This document shows, piece by piece, positions 13,518 to 24,210 of a stretch of 64,000 nucleotides of DNA. A program made the translations under genes and the position numbers. Each line of letters begins with the position of its first letter. The first letter of the stretch is position 1. The notes beneath the pieces were generated by a model. It made no database searches, had not been told where the DNA came from, and worked only from the letters and a program-made list of their open reading frames with translations. The stretch is from positions 11,842,001 to 11,906,000 of the forward strand of contig OY740808.1 in the NCBI GenBank assembly GCA_963514005.1. The letters are read 5' to 3'. The stretch is from Raja brachyura (taxonomy: Eukaryota).

Positions 13518-16500
13518 CTGCAAATATAGAGAATGTAGATAGCGGTTAATTGTCCTTATTTTGCCGTATACGATATTTAGCGAACAGAATGTTTACATTT
13601 ATTAAATTAGTCATTACAATTGGCAGTACATTCACGTGACTTTAACCTGTAACGTTGCGGTAAGCATGTTTTCAAACAATGTTAACTTCAGGCAAGTCAG
13701 CTTTAAAATAGGTCTGCCCTTTTCTCATTCATTATATATTATATTTCACAACGGCATATTCAGTTCATCGAGAAGATGGGGGCTCACTAAGGAATCCCAT
13801 TCCACCGCGAATTTTTCTGAGGCATATTCTCCCACATTCCAATCAACATCCCTCCCTCCCAGATTCTACCACTCGCCTGCAAACGGGGGGGGAAAGCAGC
13901 CAGTTTACAGCTGCTGTCCCCCCCAGCGGCCAGTTAATTACAGCGGCCAGTTAATCTTTGGGATGGGGGGGGGGGTCACCTGGGGGAAACCCGTGCCTTC
14001 ATGGGGAGAATGGGGGAAAAGTCATCACCTACAGCGTGGACAGCCGTGTTCTACAGGAGATAGACACATAAAAGCTGGAGTAACTCAGCGGGACAGACAA
14101 CATCTCTGGAGAGAAGGAATGGGTGACGTTTCGCGGCGAGACCCATCTGCAGTTGCACCTGAGTTTCTGGAGCCGCGAGGCAGCTGCTCTCTTGAATGGG
14201 GACATTGACTTGGACTTCCCTTAGGACAACTATCTTTAATTGTATGTTTTCCAGTAAAGCCTGTGTAGTTGGGGGTCTGTCCGAATACATTGTCACGTAG
14301 CTCGAAATGCACGTTTTTTTGTTTTGTTTTTACAGCAATACCTGCTCTGTAGAATTATTGGTGGCCTTTGCTATCACAAGATCAGAATAAACGACATGTG
14401 AATCTGCAATCTGACCGCTTTCCGCCGGTGTTGTAGAAGACATATTCGTATATATACCAGGTCCTGAAATGTCCTTTGGGAACAAGAGAGTAAATTTCAC
14501 CAAACTCAGTAACTACATGTTGAATCAGGATATATTGTCCACAATCTATGAGGGAAAAATTACAATTCATACCTTCGCTGTTTACTTTGTTTAAATATAA
14601 TATCATGCTTTCAAATTGAACAATTATTTTCAATTCGTGTATACATTTCTGCCATTTTATCACTGCTTTCCCCTAAATACCATAATTACCAGAATATCAA
14701 TTACCTTTTATCTTTGCACAAACCTAGGTCGAATATATTCTATCGCCTCATTGGATCCTCAATATTTATTTTTCCAATACTAATGTCGCTAATATGGCTT
14801 GCCCAGTCTAGTTGTTTGTCTGATTTTTCAATTTCCCTTTAGCTCATCAGAGGTTATCGCTGACCATGGAACTTCGCAAGGCGCAGCGATTAGCATTCTA
14901 AGTGGATACTTTGAATTTGACTTGAACATGACACTACTTTGAATCCAAGTGTCGTGTTCCTAAAAATGATGGAGAACAACTAAAACAGTGAAAGCAAACA
15001 ACGATTAAACAGCTTTTGGAAAGTATATGTCACTTGTTTGCACTAAAAACATATGGTGCGTAAAGGGCGTATATTGTGCAGTTACACTACCTCCAGTACT
15101 GCTCCAGGAGTCGAATCACTGTGCACCATTAACCGCTTTTCTAGAATTACAAAAAAAAACAAGCATTATTTCAAGAGACATGTTATCACTGTGTCAAGAC
15201 TGCAAACATAATCACAGGTGCTGCTTTATACAAAATGACACAAACTGCTCGACTAATTCAGCGAAACAAGCAGCATCTCTGGAGAGCACTATGAACATAG
15301 AGTTATCCAACGTATTAACCCATTCACCCCCATTCTCTTCTCACGCCTCCCCTGTGCCCCACCTGGTCCCACACCTATTTTTCTCCTCCCACTCCCCCTC
15401 CCCCTCGTTGTACATTCTTACCTCTGGCTTCACAATTCGCAGCTCTTCAATCTGTACTTCTCACACTTTCTGTTCGAATCCCCGGCCTTTGTCCCTACCA
15501 AATATCAAGCCGTGCCACCACCGATTACCTGCAAAGCTATGTCCGGCCTCCCCTCTCTTCCTGCTCCCCCCCTCTCCTACAGTCAATCTGAAGAAGGGTC
15601 CCGACCCGAAACGTCACCCATCTAACAGTTACACACTTTCACGCATATTTAAGCACATTGTACTACACATACGATGGGTCAAATTGGGTACTCATTGCTG
15701 TGCACTTCTATGATTCATTTTCACTGTTTGAAATCGATCGCCAACAAGGTAAATTTTACCTTAATAATTTGTTAACGAATATTATATATCCAGAGTATAT
15801 GCGTTATTTGCAGCGGAAAATTGGCGTATGCCTCTCACATTGGCGGTGAAAGCTTAATACTCACGTTTTACTTTCCAGCAGCTTACCGCTATGAAAATAG
15901 TGACAAATACCAGGAGGCAAATCAGCGGATAAAGCCACGAATGTTGTTCTTTGCAGTAAACAGGACCTTTGAAAGAAATGTGCAAATATCAAGGTTGAAG
16001 TTAATATTGATAGGAAACTATAAATTGGCACGTTTTAATGAAAAACAATGGAGTAATATATTGTTAAAGAAGGAACTGCAGATGCTGGAGGATCGAGGGT
16101 TACACAAAAAGCTGGAGAAACTCAGCGGGTGCAGCAGCATCTAAGGAGCGAAGGAGATAGGCGACGTTTCGGGTCGAGACCCAATGGAGTAATATATATC
16201 ATTGTGCGCTCGCGGAGAGATGACCCACTACGCCTGCATCGTTTTGAGATCCTTTACAATATTATATATGTAATCAAACTTAAAATACCTATTATAATAT
16301 TTAGTCTTTTCTCATTATATTCGGCCGCATTTTGCTTCTCGGTGGAAGTGCTTTCCATTGAGATGATTAAAGTTTATATCTTTTTTAAAGACAGCGGCAA
16401 GATGAGTTTCCTGAAGAAGAAAACTGATCAACTGATATCGCAAAGCACGTTTGGCCGTCAACGTTTAAACTAGGAGTTCCCGCCGATGTAAAATTGGCTA

Positions 16501-18300
16501 TTGAAGACTCGGAATATTCATGTGGAATTAGAAGTTGTCAATATTTTAGAAGGCATCAGTTATGGAATTCAGGTAAATTGTGAATCGAAACATTTATAAT
16601 TTAGCCAAAGTTGCTTCCTGACCTGCTGAGTATTTCCAACACATTTCAGATTTTCCGCATCTGCAATGTTTTGTCCAAAATTATCATAGGGCAAGATCAC
16701 CCGATTTGTGCCATTGCTAGCTTTTGCGGTTGCATTACTTTTCTTGAATAAACCTTCTTGTGCAGACTTTCTGGAAATCAACAATCGACTGCAACAATTC
16801 CAGTAAAATCAACATGGTTCAACTATACTGTATTTTATTTTTTATAGAGAATTCAAGATTCTCATCCACGATAAAGATCTCGGGTCGGGAACCATGTCAA
16901 TCCAAGTTACAGATATATAGACGTGGTCTGATCTGCATTCACCAACATCGTTAACTGTATAGAAAACAGGACAATACAAGACTTGAACAGGTGCCTCGGC
17001 CTGCAACGTATGTGCCGAACACGACACCAACTCTTATTTGCCTGCACGTAATCCATATCCCTCCTTTCCGTGCTTATCCATTTGCTTATCTAAACGTCTT
17101 TTAAATGCCATTATCGTATCTACCTCTGGCATCATTCCCGTCGTTCCAGGCACTCCCTGCCCTCTGTAACTTTTTTTTTACCGCTCACATCACCCTTAAA
17201 CTTTGCCCTCTCACAAACCAAACAGAGCAGCTTTAATACTTCTAAATTCTCACACTGATCCAAAAGATGATGCCAACTCTAATTCAATATAACTATCATA
17301 GAGACGTTGCTCACCCGTTTGTATATCTACCGATCAGGTAAGAATATTTAGGTTACAAAATGATGCGTTTAACCATACTCGGGCGTACAATTACACCAAT
17401 GCCAACTACCAAATGAAGTCGACGGGAAGCAGAATATTTTGAGATTATCTACATTGATCTTCTAAACCAGTTTGCAAGTCGAACATTTCCACATGTTGTT
17501 TCCATCTTTCTTCTTTCCATCTCCCTCGAAGACTACATTTCTTTTTGTGGGGACATCTAATTTGCAAATGCTGTTTCGTGTTTAAAGTCTACCAGTACAT
17601 TTCGCCCTCGAGGAGACCCCGTTTTTTTTTGGCCCAGGACAATCCTACCTACACCTTCCCACACTCGGGTAGATCACAACGCCCATTACTGCTACTCAGT
17701 AATGGTCGGGAGCAACAATCCCACTGACACCCTATTGCACTCAATTGCACCCCCACTCAAATCTCGAGCCGCTGCTGATACCCAGTGACATCTCTGTCGA
17801 TTTTGTTTTGCTAGGATCAGGAACTGAAGGCTGTTGTTCACTTGATTTAATTTGAATTTAATTATGAATAATTGCATAATCCTACCTGTAACTATTAATC
17901 TGCTTCCGCTGCCGTTGAAACTCCGAGTGGATGGTGGATTCAACGTAATCAATTCACAGTAATATGTGCCGCTGTCTTCTTGCTGAAGATTATTTATCGA
18001 CAATTGGCTTCTGTATAAATGTTGGTCCCTAGTAAATTCTAGCCCGAAGGAACGGAGTACTTTGGATTTGTTCATGTAAATTAGGTAGGTCCCATTACCT
18101 GCATTGCTTGATTCGCGAAACCAATTGATCATACAGTCGTGGATTTTATCAATTAAAACGATGCAGTTCAGCTTCGCTGTTCCTCCTTCAGACACTGTGA
18201 GATTACTAGGAATCTGGTAAACCTGCCTGTCAGTAGCAATCGGTGACCAGGTAGTGCAGAAAGTCCACATATAAAAAGATATAAATGCAACGATGTTCAT
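13416..18300 (-). CDS. Single IgV (VJ-type) type I transmembrane immune receptor, CD28/CTLA-4-family-like, with YxNM + 3 ITIMs; 266 aa predicted
   Basis: join(complement 18300-17886, 15966-15865, 15140-15091, 14473-14342, 13517-13416) = 801 nt. All introns GT-AG, phases 1,1,0,0, no internal stop. Yields signal peptide, V domain (C..W..DSGTYYC..GSG), stalk, TM and tyrosine-motif tail. Confidence 0.8.
14342..14473 (-). CDS. Receptor exon 4: YTNM motif + ITIM1
   Basis: Acceptor ctctcttgttcccaaag|; encodes DISGPGIYTNMSSTTPAESGQIADSHVVYSDLVIAKATNNSTEQ; donor CAG|gtattg. Confidence 0.75.
15091..15140 (-). CDS. Receptor exon 3: juxtamembrane cytoplasmic
   Basis: Acceptor gtttttttttgtaattctag|; encodes QKRLMVHSDSTPGAVLE; donor GAG|gtagtg (weaker); phase 1-0. 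Confidence 0.6.
15588..15615 (+). ncRNA. Minimal hammerhead-ribozyme-like core in a Penelope terminal repeat
   Basis: CTGAAGA-A-GGGTC-CC-GACCC-GAAAC-GTC matches CUGANGA / stem II / GAAA / palindromic ACGU / cleavage triplet. Lies antisense within receptor intron 2. Confidence 0.5.
15865..15966 (-). CDS. Receptor exon 2: stalk + transmembrane
   Basis: Acceptor catttctttcaaag|; encodes GPVYCKEQHS-WLYPLICLLVFVTIFIAVSCW-KVK; donor C|gtgagt; phase 1-1. Confidence 0.85.
16062..16181 (-). mobile_element. Short Penelope-derived insertion in receptor intron 1
   Basis: Flanking 16-bp direct repeat CAATGGAGTAATATAT at 16046-16061 and 16182-16197. Confidence 0.75.
17886..18300 (-). CDS. Receptor exon 1: signal peptide + VJ-type IgV domain
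   Basis: aacATG start. Hydrophobic MNIVAFISFYMWTFCTTWSP, then QVYQIPSNLTVSEGGTAKLNC...INWFRE...LSINNLQQEDSGTYYCELITLNPPSTRSFNGSGSRLIVT. Phase-1 donor G|gtagga. Confidence 0.85.
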
Positions 18301-18750
18301 GTTTACCAGACGCTACTGCGGGCAGACAGGTTTGCATTCCCAGTGGTTTGCTAGAGATACCAGAGTTTGAGGCAGACACAAGGAACTGAAGATGCTAGTT
18401 TACAAAAAAAAAGAGACACTGAGTGCTGGAGTAACTCAGTGGGTCAGGCAGCATCTCTGGAGGTCAAGAGTTTGAAGCTACCGGTTACTGTTACCCTTTC
18501 ACAGTTCGGCCGGATGTGGGGTGTGCAGAACTCGGCGCTCTGCAGAAGCCATGCCGCTGTTTATCGGACCGTGTGGGTTCTGAAAATAGCTGTCGCAAAA
18601 TAGATGCAGAAACGTAGAACCAAGTGTCATTCGAACGCCTCGCCTCTGCGCCGAAAACCAACACCTTAACTCGAGCTTTGGTGCGCTTGACATTTAAGGT
18701 ATGATTTTCTTCAAACCAGCCTACGCTGAAAATAAGAGGAGAAAATCTAA

Positions 18751-19629
18751 TAGGGGGGTTGCACGTAAGGTCACTGGGGCTTGATGCACGGAGCCGCTCA
18801 ATCCATCTGGAGGACTTTGGTAACTTCCGGTATATGTTATTAATACAAGAAAAGGGTACTGTTAAAAAAGCGCTAAAATGTTGAATTTTTGCGCTGTAAA
18901 AAATTGTGGAAGTCGGGGAACATGAGAGTTATGTACCCAACTTAATAATTCCAAAAGTGAAGCGAAATTAAGGTAAAGAGAAGCGAGAGCTGAAGGGACA
19001 TCAACAGCTAAAGTGCTTGGAGAACATTGGACGTGCAGATATCGGAATTGGAAATATTGGGAATTATCGCGTTTGCTCACTGCATTTCATCAACAGTGAG
19101 GCATTATTTGTGGTTTTTCTTGATTCCTTTGGTATCTTAAAAGTCTCAGTAGTGATAAATCTGACTGTAAATTTTGCTTCAGAGGCGATTTCTTTTTGTA
19201 TGTAAAAACCCACTTGAGAACCACGGGCGATTTTAAATTTTTACAGCCAGATTTATCACTTCTGAAACTTTTTAGATGCCAAAGGAATCAAGAAAACCCC
19301 CCAAATAATGCCTTAGTTGATGCAATGCAGTGAGCAAACGGCCAATGTTCGCCAAGCACTCTGGCTGTTGTTGTCCCTTCAGCTCTCGCTTCTATCTACC
19401 GTCATTCCTCCTCACTTTTGGAATTCTGAAGTAGGCTAAATGTCTCTCACGCTTATCCCGATTTCCATAATTATTTACAGCGCAAAAACGGACAATTTCG
19501 GCGGGGTTTAACGGGCCCGCTACGGTGGAAACAATGGTAAGTGCTTACCTGAGGTTCATCGCGTGTACTCCACTTGGCGTAGCGTAGCAACAGTACGGGT
19601 CGTGACCCGACTGCCGTGAAACCTCCCTA
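18751..19629. mobile_element. MITE-like non-autonomous DNA element with long internal inverted repeat
   Basis: Termini taggggggttgcacg ... cgtgaaacctcccta, with TAA on both sides. Internal arms (about 18980-19172 and 19240-19392) are reverse complements. Confidence 0.7.
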
Positions 19630-19849
19630 TAAGTGAAATATGTAAAATGAATTCAGCGAAACAAAGGCTACCAGTGATCAGCGAACACATCTTAATTCGA
19701 TCAAATCCAATTCAGTCGTAGCGTCGGAGGGAACAGCAGATGCTGGTTTAAGCAGATGATGGACAGAAACTGCTGGAGTAACTCAGCGCGACAGAGATGC
19801 TGCCTGTCCCGCTGAGTTACTCCAGCATTTTGTGTCTCTCTGAAGTAGT

Positions 19850-20850
19850 GCCCTTCTGATCCCGGTGTTCCGGGAAGAAACTGTCCCTGCATCTGGACGT
19901 GTGCGTTTTCACACTTCTGTACGTCTTGCCTGAAGAGAGAGACAGGAAGAGAGGTTGTCCGGGGTGAGACTGGTCTTTGGGGTGGTTCGGGACATGCCAA
20001 ACCTCCTAAAGCCTTCTAAGGAAGTTGAAGCGTTGGTACGCTTTCTTGGCGATAGCTTCGATGTTACTGGTCCAGCACAAATTGCTGGTGATATTTGTTC
20101 CTATGAACTTGAAGCTTGCAACCATCTCTGCTTCGGCGCTGCCAATGTATACTGGGGTGTGTGTACTGCTTCGCTTCCTGAAGTCAATCGCAATCTCCTT
20201 TATCTTGCTGATATTGAAGGAAACGTTATTGTCTTGGCAACAGGTTACAATGTTCTCAAGCTCCTTCCTGTACTCCGACTGGTCATTATTTGATATCCGG
20301 TCGAGTATACTGGTAGTGTCTGCTCAATTGTAAATTGAGTTGGATTGGTATATGGCTGTGCAGTGTAGATATATAAGGAGTATAGTAGGGGGCGGAGAAC
20401 TCATCCTTATGGGGCATCATTGATGGTAGTGGATGATTGGTCACCTATCCTCACAGATTGTGGTATGTTGGTCAGGAAGTCGAACACCCAATTGAAGTGG
20501 GGAGTGCTGATTCCGTTCCAATAGTTTGGAGATGAGCTTGCTTAGGCTAATGGTATTGAAAGCAGGGCTCTAGTATATGAATAGGAGTCTGATGTAGGTG
20601 CTCATCTCATCCAGATGTTCTGGGGCCATAAAGTGTAGGACCAGAGAGATGGCTTCAGCAGTGGACCTGTTGTACTGCTGTAGAACTGCTGTAGATTAAG
20701 GCTTCTTGGTCGGCTGAATCTGGCTGCTCGAGAAGCAATTCGTAATGGTGGATGTGAAGACATCTGGACAATAGTCATTGAGGCATGAGATCTCGATTTG
20801 CTTTGGCACCGATATGATAGTGGTCGTTTTGATGCATGTCAGTACCTCAG
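19850..20850 (-). mobile_element. Decayed Rex1/Babar-like LINE RT fragment
   Basis: Antisense similarity to the RT region of the 1641-3985 element. Its right part (from about 20435) is repeated at about 42575 and 61850. Confidence 0.65.
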
Positions 20851-20859
20851 AATTAATTC

Positions 20860-21455
20860 CCGGTCTACAACTAGAGCAGTCCGATGTACCACAAAGAGCA
20901 AATTATATGATTTTTCGATGATCTACATTGATATTCCTACACCAAGTTGCAAGTCGAACATCTCCATGCTTTGGCCCCATTTTCCTTCCCCCGCGAGGCT
21001 TCGTTTGCTTTTGATGGGCGACGAGTATTTTGGAAATACTGGTCAGCGTTTAGTGTTTCATCAACGCAGTTTTCGTCAAACTCCATACGAGCTTGGATAT
21101 TTGGCCCAGCAAGCTCCGCGGCGCCACGTGGTTTATTTACACTCAGAAATGACAAGGAACATTAATCTTGCTGATAATCCTTCCCCACTAACCCCTATTC
21201 ACCCACGACATCTTCCCTACTCAAAAACCATTGTTGCTGGCCATTGGCAGATCCGTCGATGGTTCTTTCCTGGGATCCTGAAACTCATGCCGTTGTTCAA
21301 TGGCTTTAATGTTCACATCAATGACAGGTTCTTCTTCGTTCCGGCTGTATTTGGTAAGATTATGTTGGTTCTGGCACAGTGGAATTGCAATGCAGTTTGT
21401 GGAAATAGGTTGGTCAGACCAGACATCAAGGAGTGGACAATTTACATGTTAAAAC
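20860..21455 (-). pseudogene. Decayed coding-like exon of an unidentified gene (copy 1)
   Basis: Stop-free stretches HVNCPLLDVWSDQPISTNC...EEEPVIDVNIKAIEQRHEFQDPRKEPSTDLPMASNNG and SFLSVNKPRGAAELAGPNIQARMEFDENCVDETLNADQYFQ..., broken by stops and frameshifts. No TE motif recognised. Confidence 0.4.
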
Positions 21456-22312
21456 TGTAAAGCACCACTTTCAATGGTGTCAGATCAGATCAATAACCTG
21501 AATCCAATAATCCACATTTTTAAATATGTACGTATCCACGTAGGAAACTGCAACAGTTTCAGAAGGAAATGTCACTTCCTAATAAAAAAAAACAGCAAGG
21601 GTCTACATTTTGGTCAACAGAGATGGCTTTGAGGTCAGCTACAAGGAGAAGTACAAAGGAATGAACTGAGGATATGTTGGGGCGAAATTCCAGAGATTTG
21701 GGGTTTGCCAGATGAAGACTAACGCCAATAATAAAATAGTTAAAGCCAGGGATGCTTTTAGGTCAAGAATTTGAGCCCTTCTGCTCTTTCCAGTTGATAT
21801 ATTCTTTGTGTCTGATCAGCTATTTATTGCAAAATTGCCTCCTAATGTAGGTAGTCTGGTGAAATGAATAATGGGGGTTTCAATGAAATTAGGGGAGAAT
21901 CAAATTATAGAACCACATCCTTTAAATGTGCTTCGACTGCAAGCTACTGTGATATATTTTCAATTGCATTACTATACTTTAGCAAATTTCACCAGTTATA
22001 TCCACCATATACTGCATTTACAACTCATAAGTCTGCGCAACAACCTGGGAGCTCTCGAGAAAATTCTCATTTGTTCTGCAATTTTGTTGACTTCAGGAAG
22101 AAAATCCCAGAGGGCAATATCTTTCAGTCCCGGTTAGAAGTAATTTCGCATAAGAAATGGTAGTACGTCTCACATAATATTACGTAAATGATTGGAAAGT
22201 TTATGAAATTGCATTTATTTGAGAGCAGATTATTCGTAAATAACAATATAATTGGATACAATCCCTATGTTTTTTGATCACAAGTGGATGGATCGCAGTT
22301 CACAACCGCTGG

Positions 22313-23776
22313 TAGGTTGTGGGCCGAGCATCAACAAATCTATCAATCAACTTTCGTGACCCATGCCTCGGAACTACATTAAATTTTGCACAGATTTAGG
22401 TAAACTATAATTGAAAAGGAAGTCATAACTCGTCAGTGCCAAAAGTTGCACAATAATTAATTAAACTAATTAGAATTAATTAAACTATATAATTAGAAAA
22501 TGAGATCGAAAAAGTAAACGCCATCTAGTGTCCAATGCCCATATTACACAATTGGGAGCCTATTTACGAGTTGCAGTCTATTTAAACCACGTATTATGAT
22601 ACCGTCTATATATATATATGACTTGTGAATATGACTGTAATCATATATAATTATGTATAATTATATTATATAAAAATAATATAAATAATATAATTGTGTG
22701 TGTGTTTTGAATGAGACTGCCGCAGAGGTCTGGCTCCTGAACCAGCCTATTAATGGGTGAAGGCAGTTCTTCTGGGTTCCCCCATTTACTGAACCCCACT
22801 GACTGCTAGTGTGCAGAGTGGGGGTCACGGTCACAGTGGGACTGGGGCAGTGCCAGGCAGGGGGAAGGCTAAGGCATCTTCCACTGAGAGAAAAATGCCT
22901 AACCCTATACTAACCCGAACTCGCCCCCCTACAGAGCTGCCCATGGCTGGAGCTGGAGCTGCTTTGGGACTGGCTGCGGGCTCCGTACATGTGGCTGCTC
23001 AGCGAGCCCACCTCGGCCAGCATGCCCTTCTGGATCGTCGTGGTGATGATGGCGGGGAGCAGCACTGCCCCGCACGCCACCCGGGCCGCCTTCAGCATCC
23101 CCATAGCGCCGTCAGTCCGCCCACACGCTCGCTGCAACACTGGCCTACCGACAACCCGACCGACCCTTCGCAGCTCTCACCGGCCGTCTGACCACTCTCA
23201 CCATCCACTGGCGGACCGACACCCCTATCGATCCTCCACAGCATCGTCGGCCTACTGACAAACCCTACCGACAAGCCCTACCGGCAAGCCCGACCGACCG
23301 ACAGACTGGCCGATTGACTCTAATCCTAACCCTAACCCTAACCCCAATCCTCACCCTAACCCTAGCTGTACATATGTTATTTATCATTTTTATTTAACAG
23401 TTCACATCATAACTTTATAAAGATAAATCAATTGAAACACAAAATGATCAGCAAGGTGAGCATTACCTTTATTCCTTGGAAACCTTGCTATTGTTTTGAT
23501 GTAATGAGGAGGCAGCCATGATCCCAGGGTTCTCGCTGCCCAGCGACCATAAAACAAAGCGCAGGATTGGTCAATTTGCGTCAGACAATGTCAAACATGC
23601 ATTGATTGGACAATTACTATTCGGAAAATTTGAAGTTTTTCTCATATTTAAACAAAATGTGCACGTTTTGTTCTTGACGAGTTTCAGATATGATTTATAT
23701 AATATTTTAAACATTCAGGTAGTTCCGTGAGTTGAGTCACGAACCTGAACGAAAAAGCCCCTCGGCCCCCAGCCTA
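22313..23776. mobile_element. Non-autonomous TIR DNA transposon, unit-1-specific, 3-bp TSD
   Basis: 16-bp TIR (14/16 match) taggttgtgggccgag / ctcggcccccagccta; TSD TGG. Empty sites with a single TGG at 44349-44351 and 63617-63619. Confidence 0.85.
23318..23365 (+). repeat. Degenerate interstitial telomere-like (CCCTAA)n
   Basis: ctctaatcctaaccctaaccctaaccccaatcctcaccctaaccctag. Confidence 0.7.
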
Positions 23777-24142
23777 TGGTTCTTGATTCTCCTACTCTGG
23801 GTAAAAGAGTAGAGGAAGAAGGTTTAATGTGAGAGGGGAATGATTTAATAGGCGCCTGAGGGGAAACATTTTCGCTCAGTCTGGTTGATGAGTGTATGGA
23901 ACAAGCTGCCAGAAGAGGTAGTTCAAACAGGTACTATAACAACATTTAAAATACATTTGGAAAGGTACATTGATAAGAAAGGTTTAGAGGGATACGGGCC
24001 AAACGTGGGCAGGTGGACTTGTTGGGCCGAAGGGCTGTTTCCCTACTGAATAATTCCAAGTGATACATGCTTACAGCGGATCTGCATAAATCATCGGGAC
24101 CTGTACAAAAAAAAAGCCCAGTTGCAGAGGAATGCGGGGGCT

Positions 24143-24210
24143 CATCTCTGTATCGTAACATCTCTGTATCATCTCTGTATCGTAACATCTCTGTATCATC
24201 TCTGTATCGT
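24143..24210 (+). repeat. Short tandem repeat of catctctgtat(cgtaa)
   Basis: Five copies of catctctgtat. Confidence 0.7.

Noticed and set aside
14382-14663. Tyr-rich 93-aa minus ORF overlapping exon 4
   Set aside because: Different frame from the one that joins in phase to the ITIM exon; mostly intronic.
15027-15713. 228-aa plus-strand ORF (also 13636-14208)
   Set aside because: Runs through repeat fragments in receptor introns; no domain or codon signal.
18193-18199. CACAGTG (minus strand) inside the receptor V exon
   Set aside because: It encodes LTV in the A strand and has no nonamer.
13416-18300. Naming the receptor PD-1, BTLA, NKp30, CD8 or a TCR/Ig V gene
   Set aside because: No ITSM, no charged TM residue, no Lck-binding CxC/CxH, no C domain and no RSS. 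Left unnamed.
24143-24210. Regular short repeats as a possible CRISPR-like array
   Set aside because: Simple tandem repeat with no unique spacers, in a eukaryotic context.
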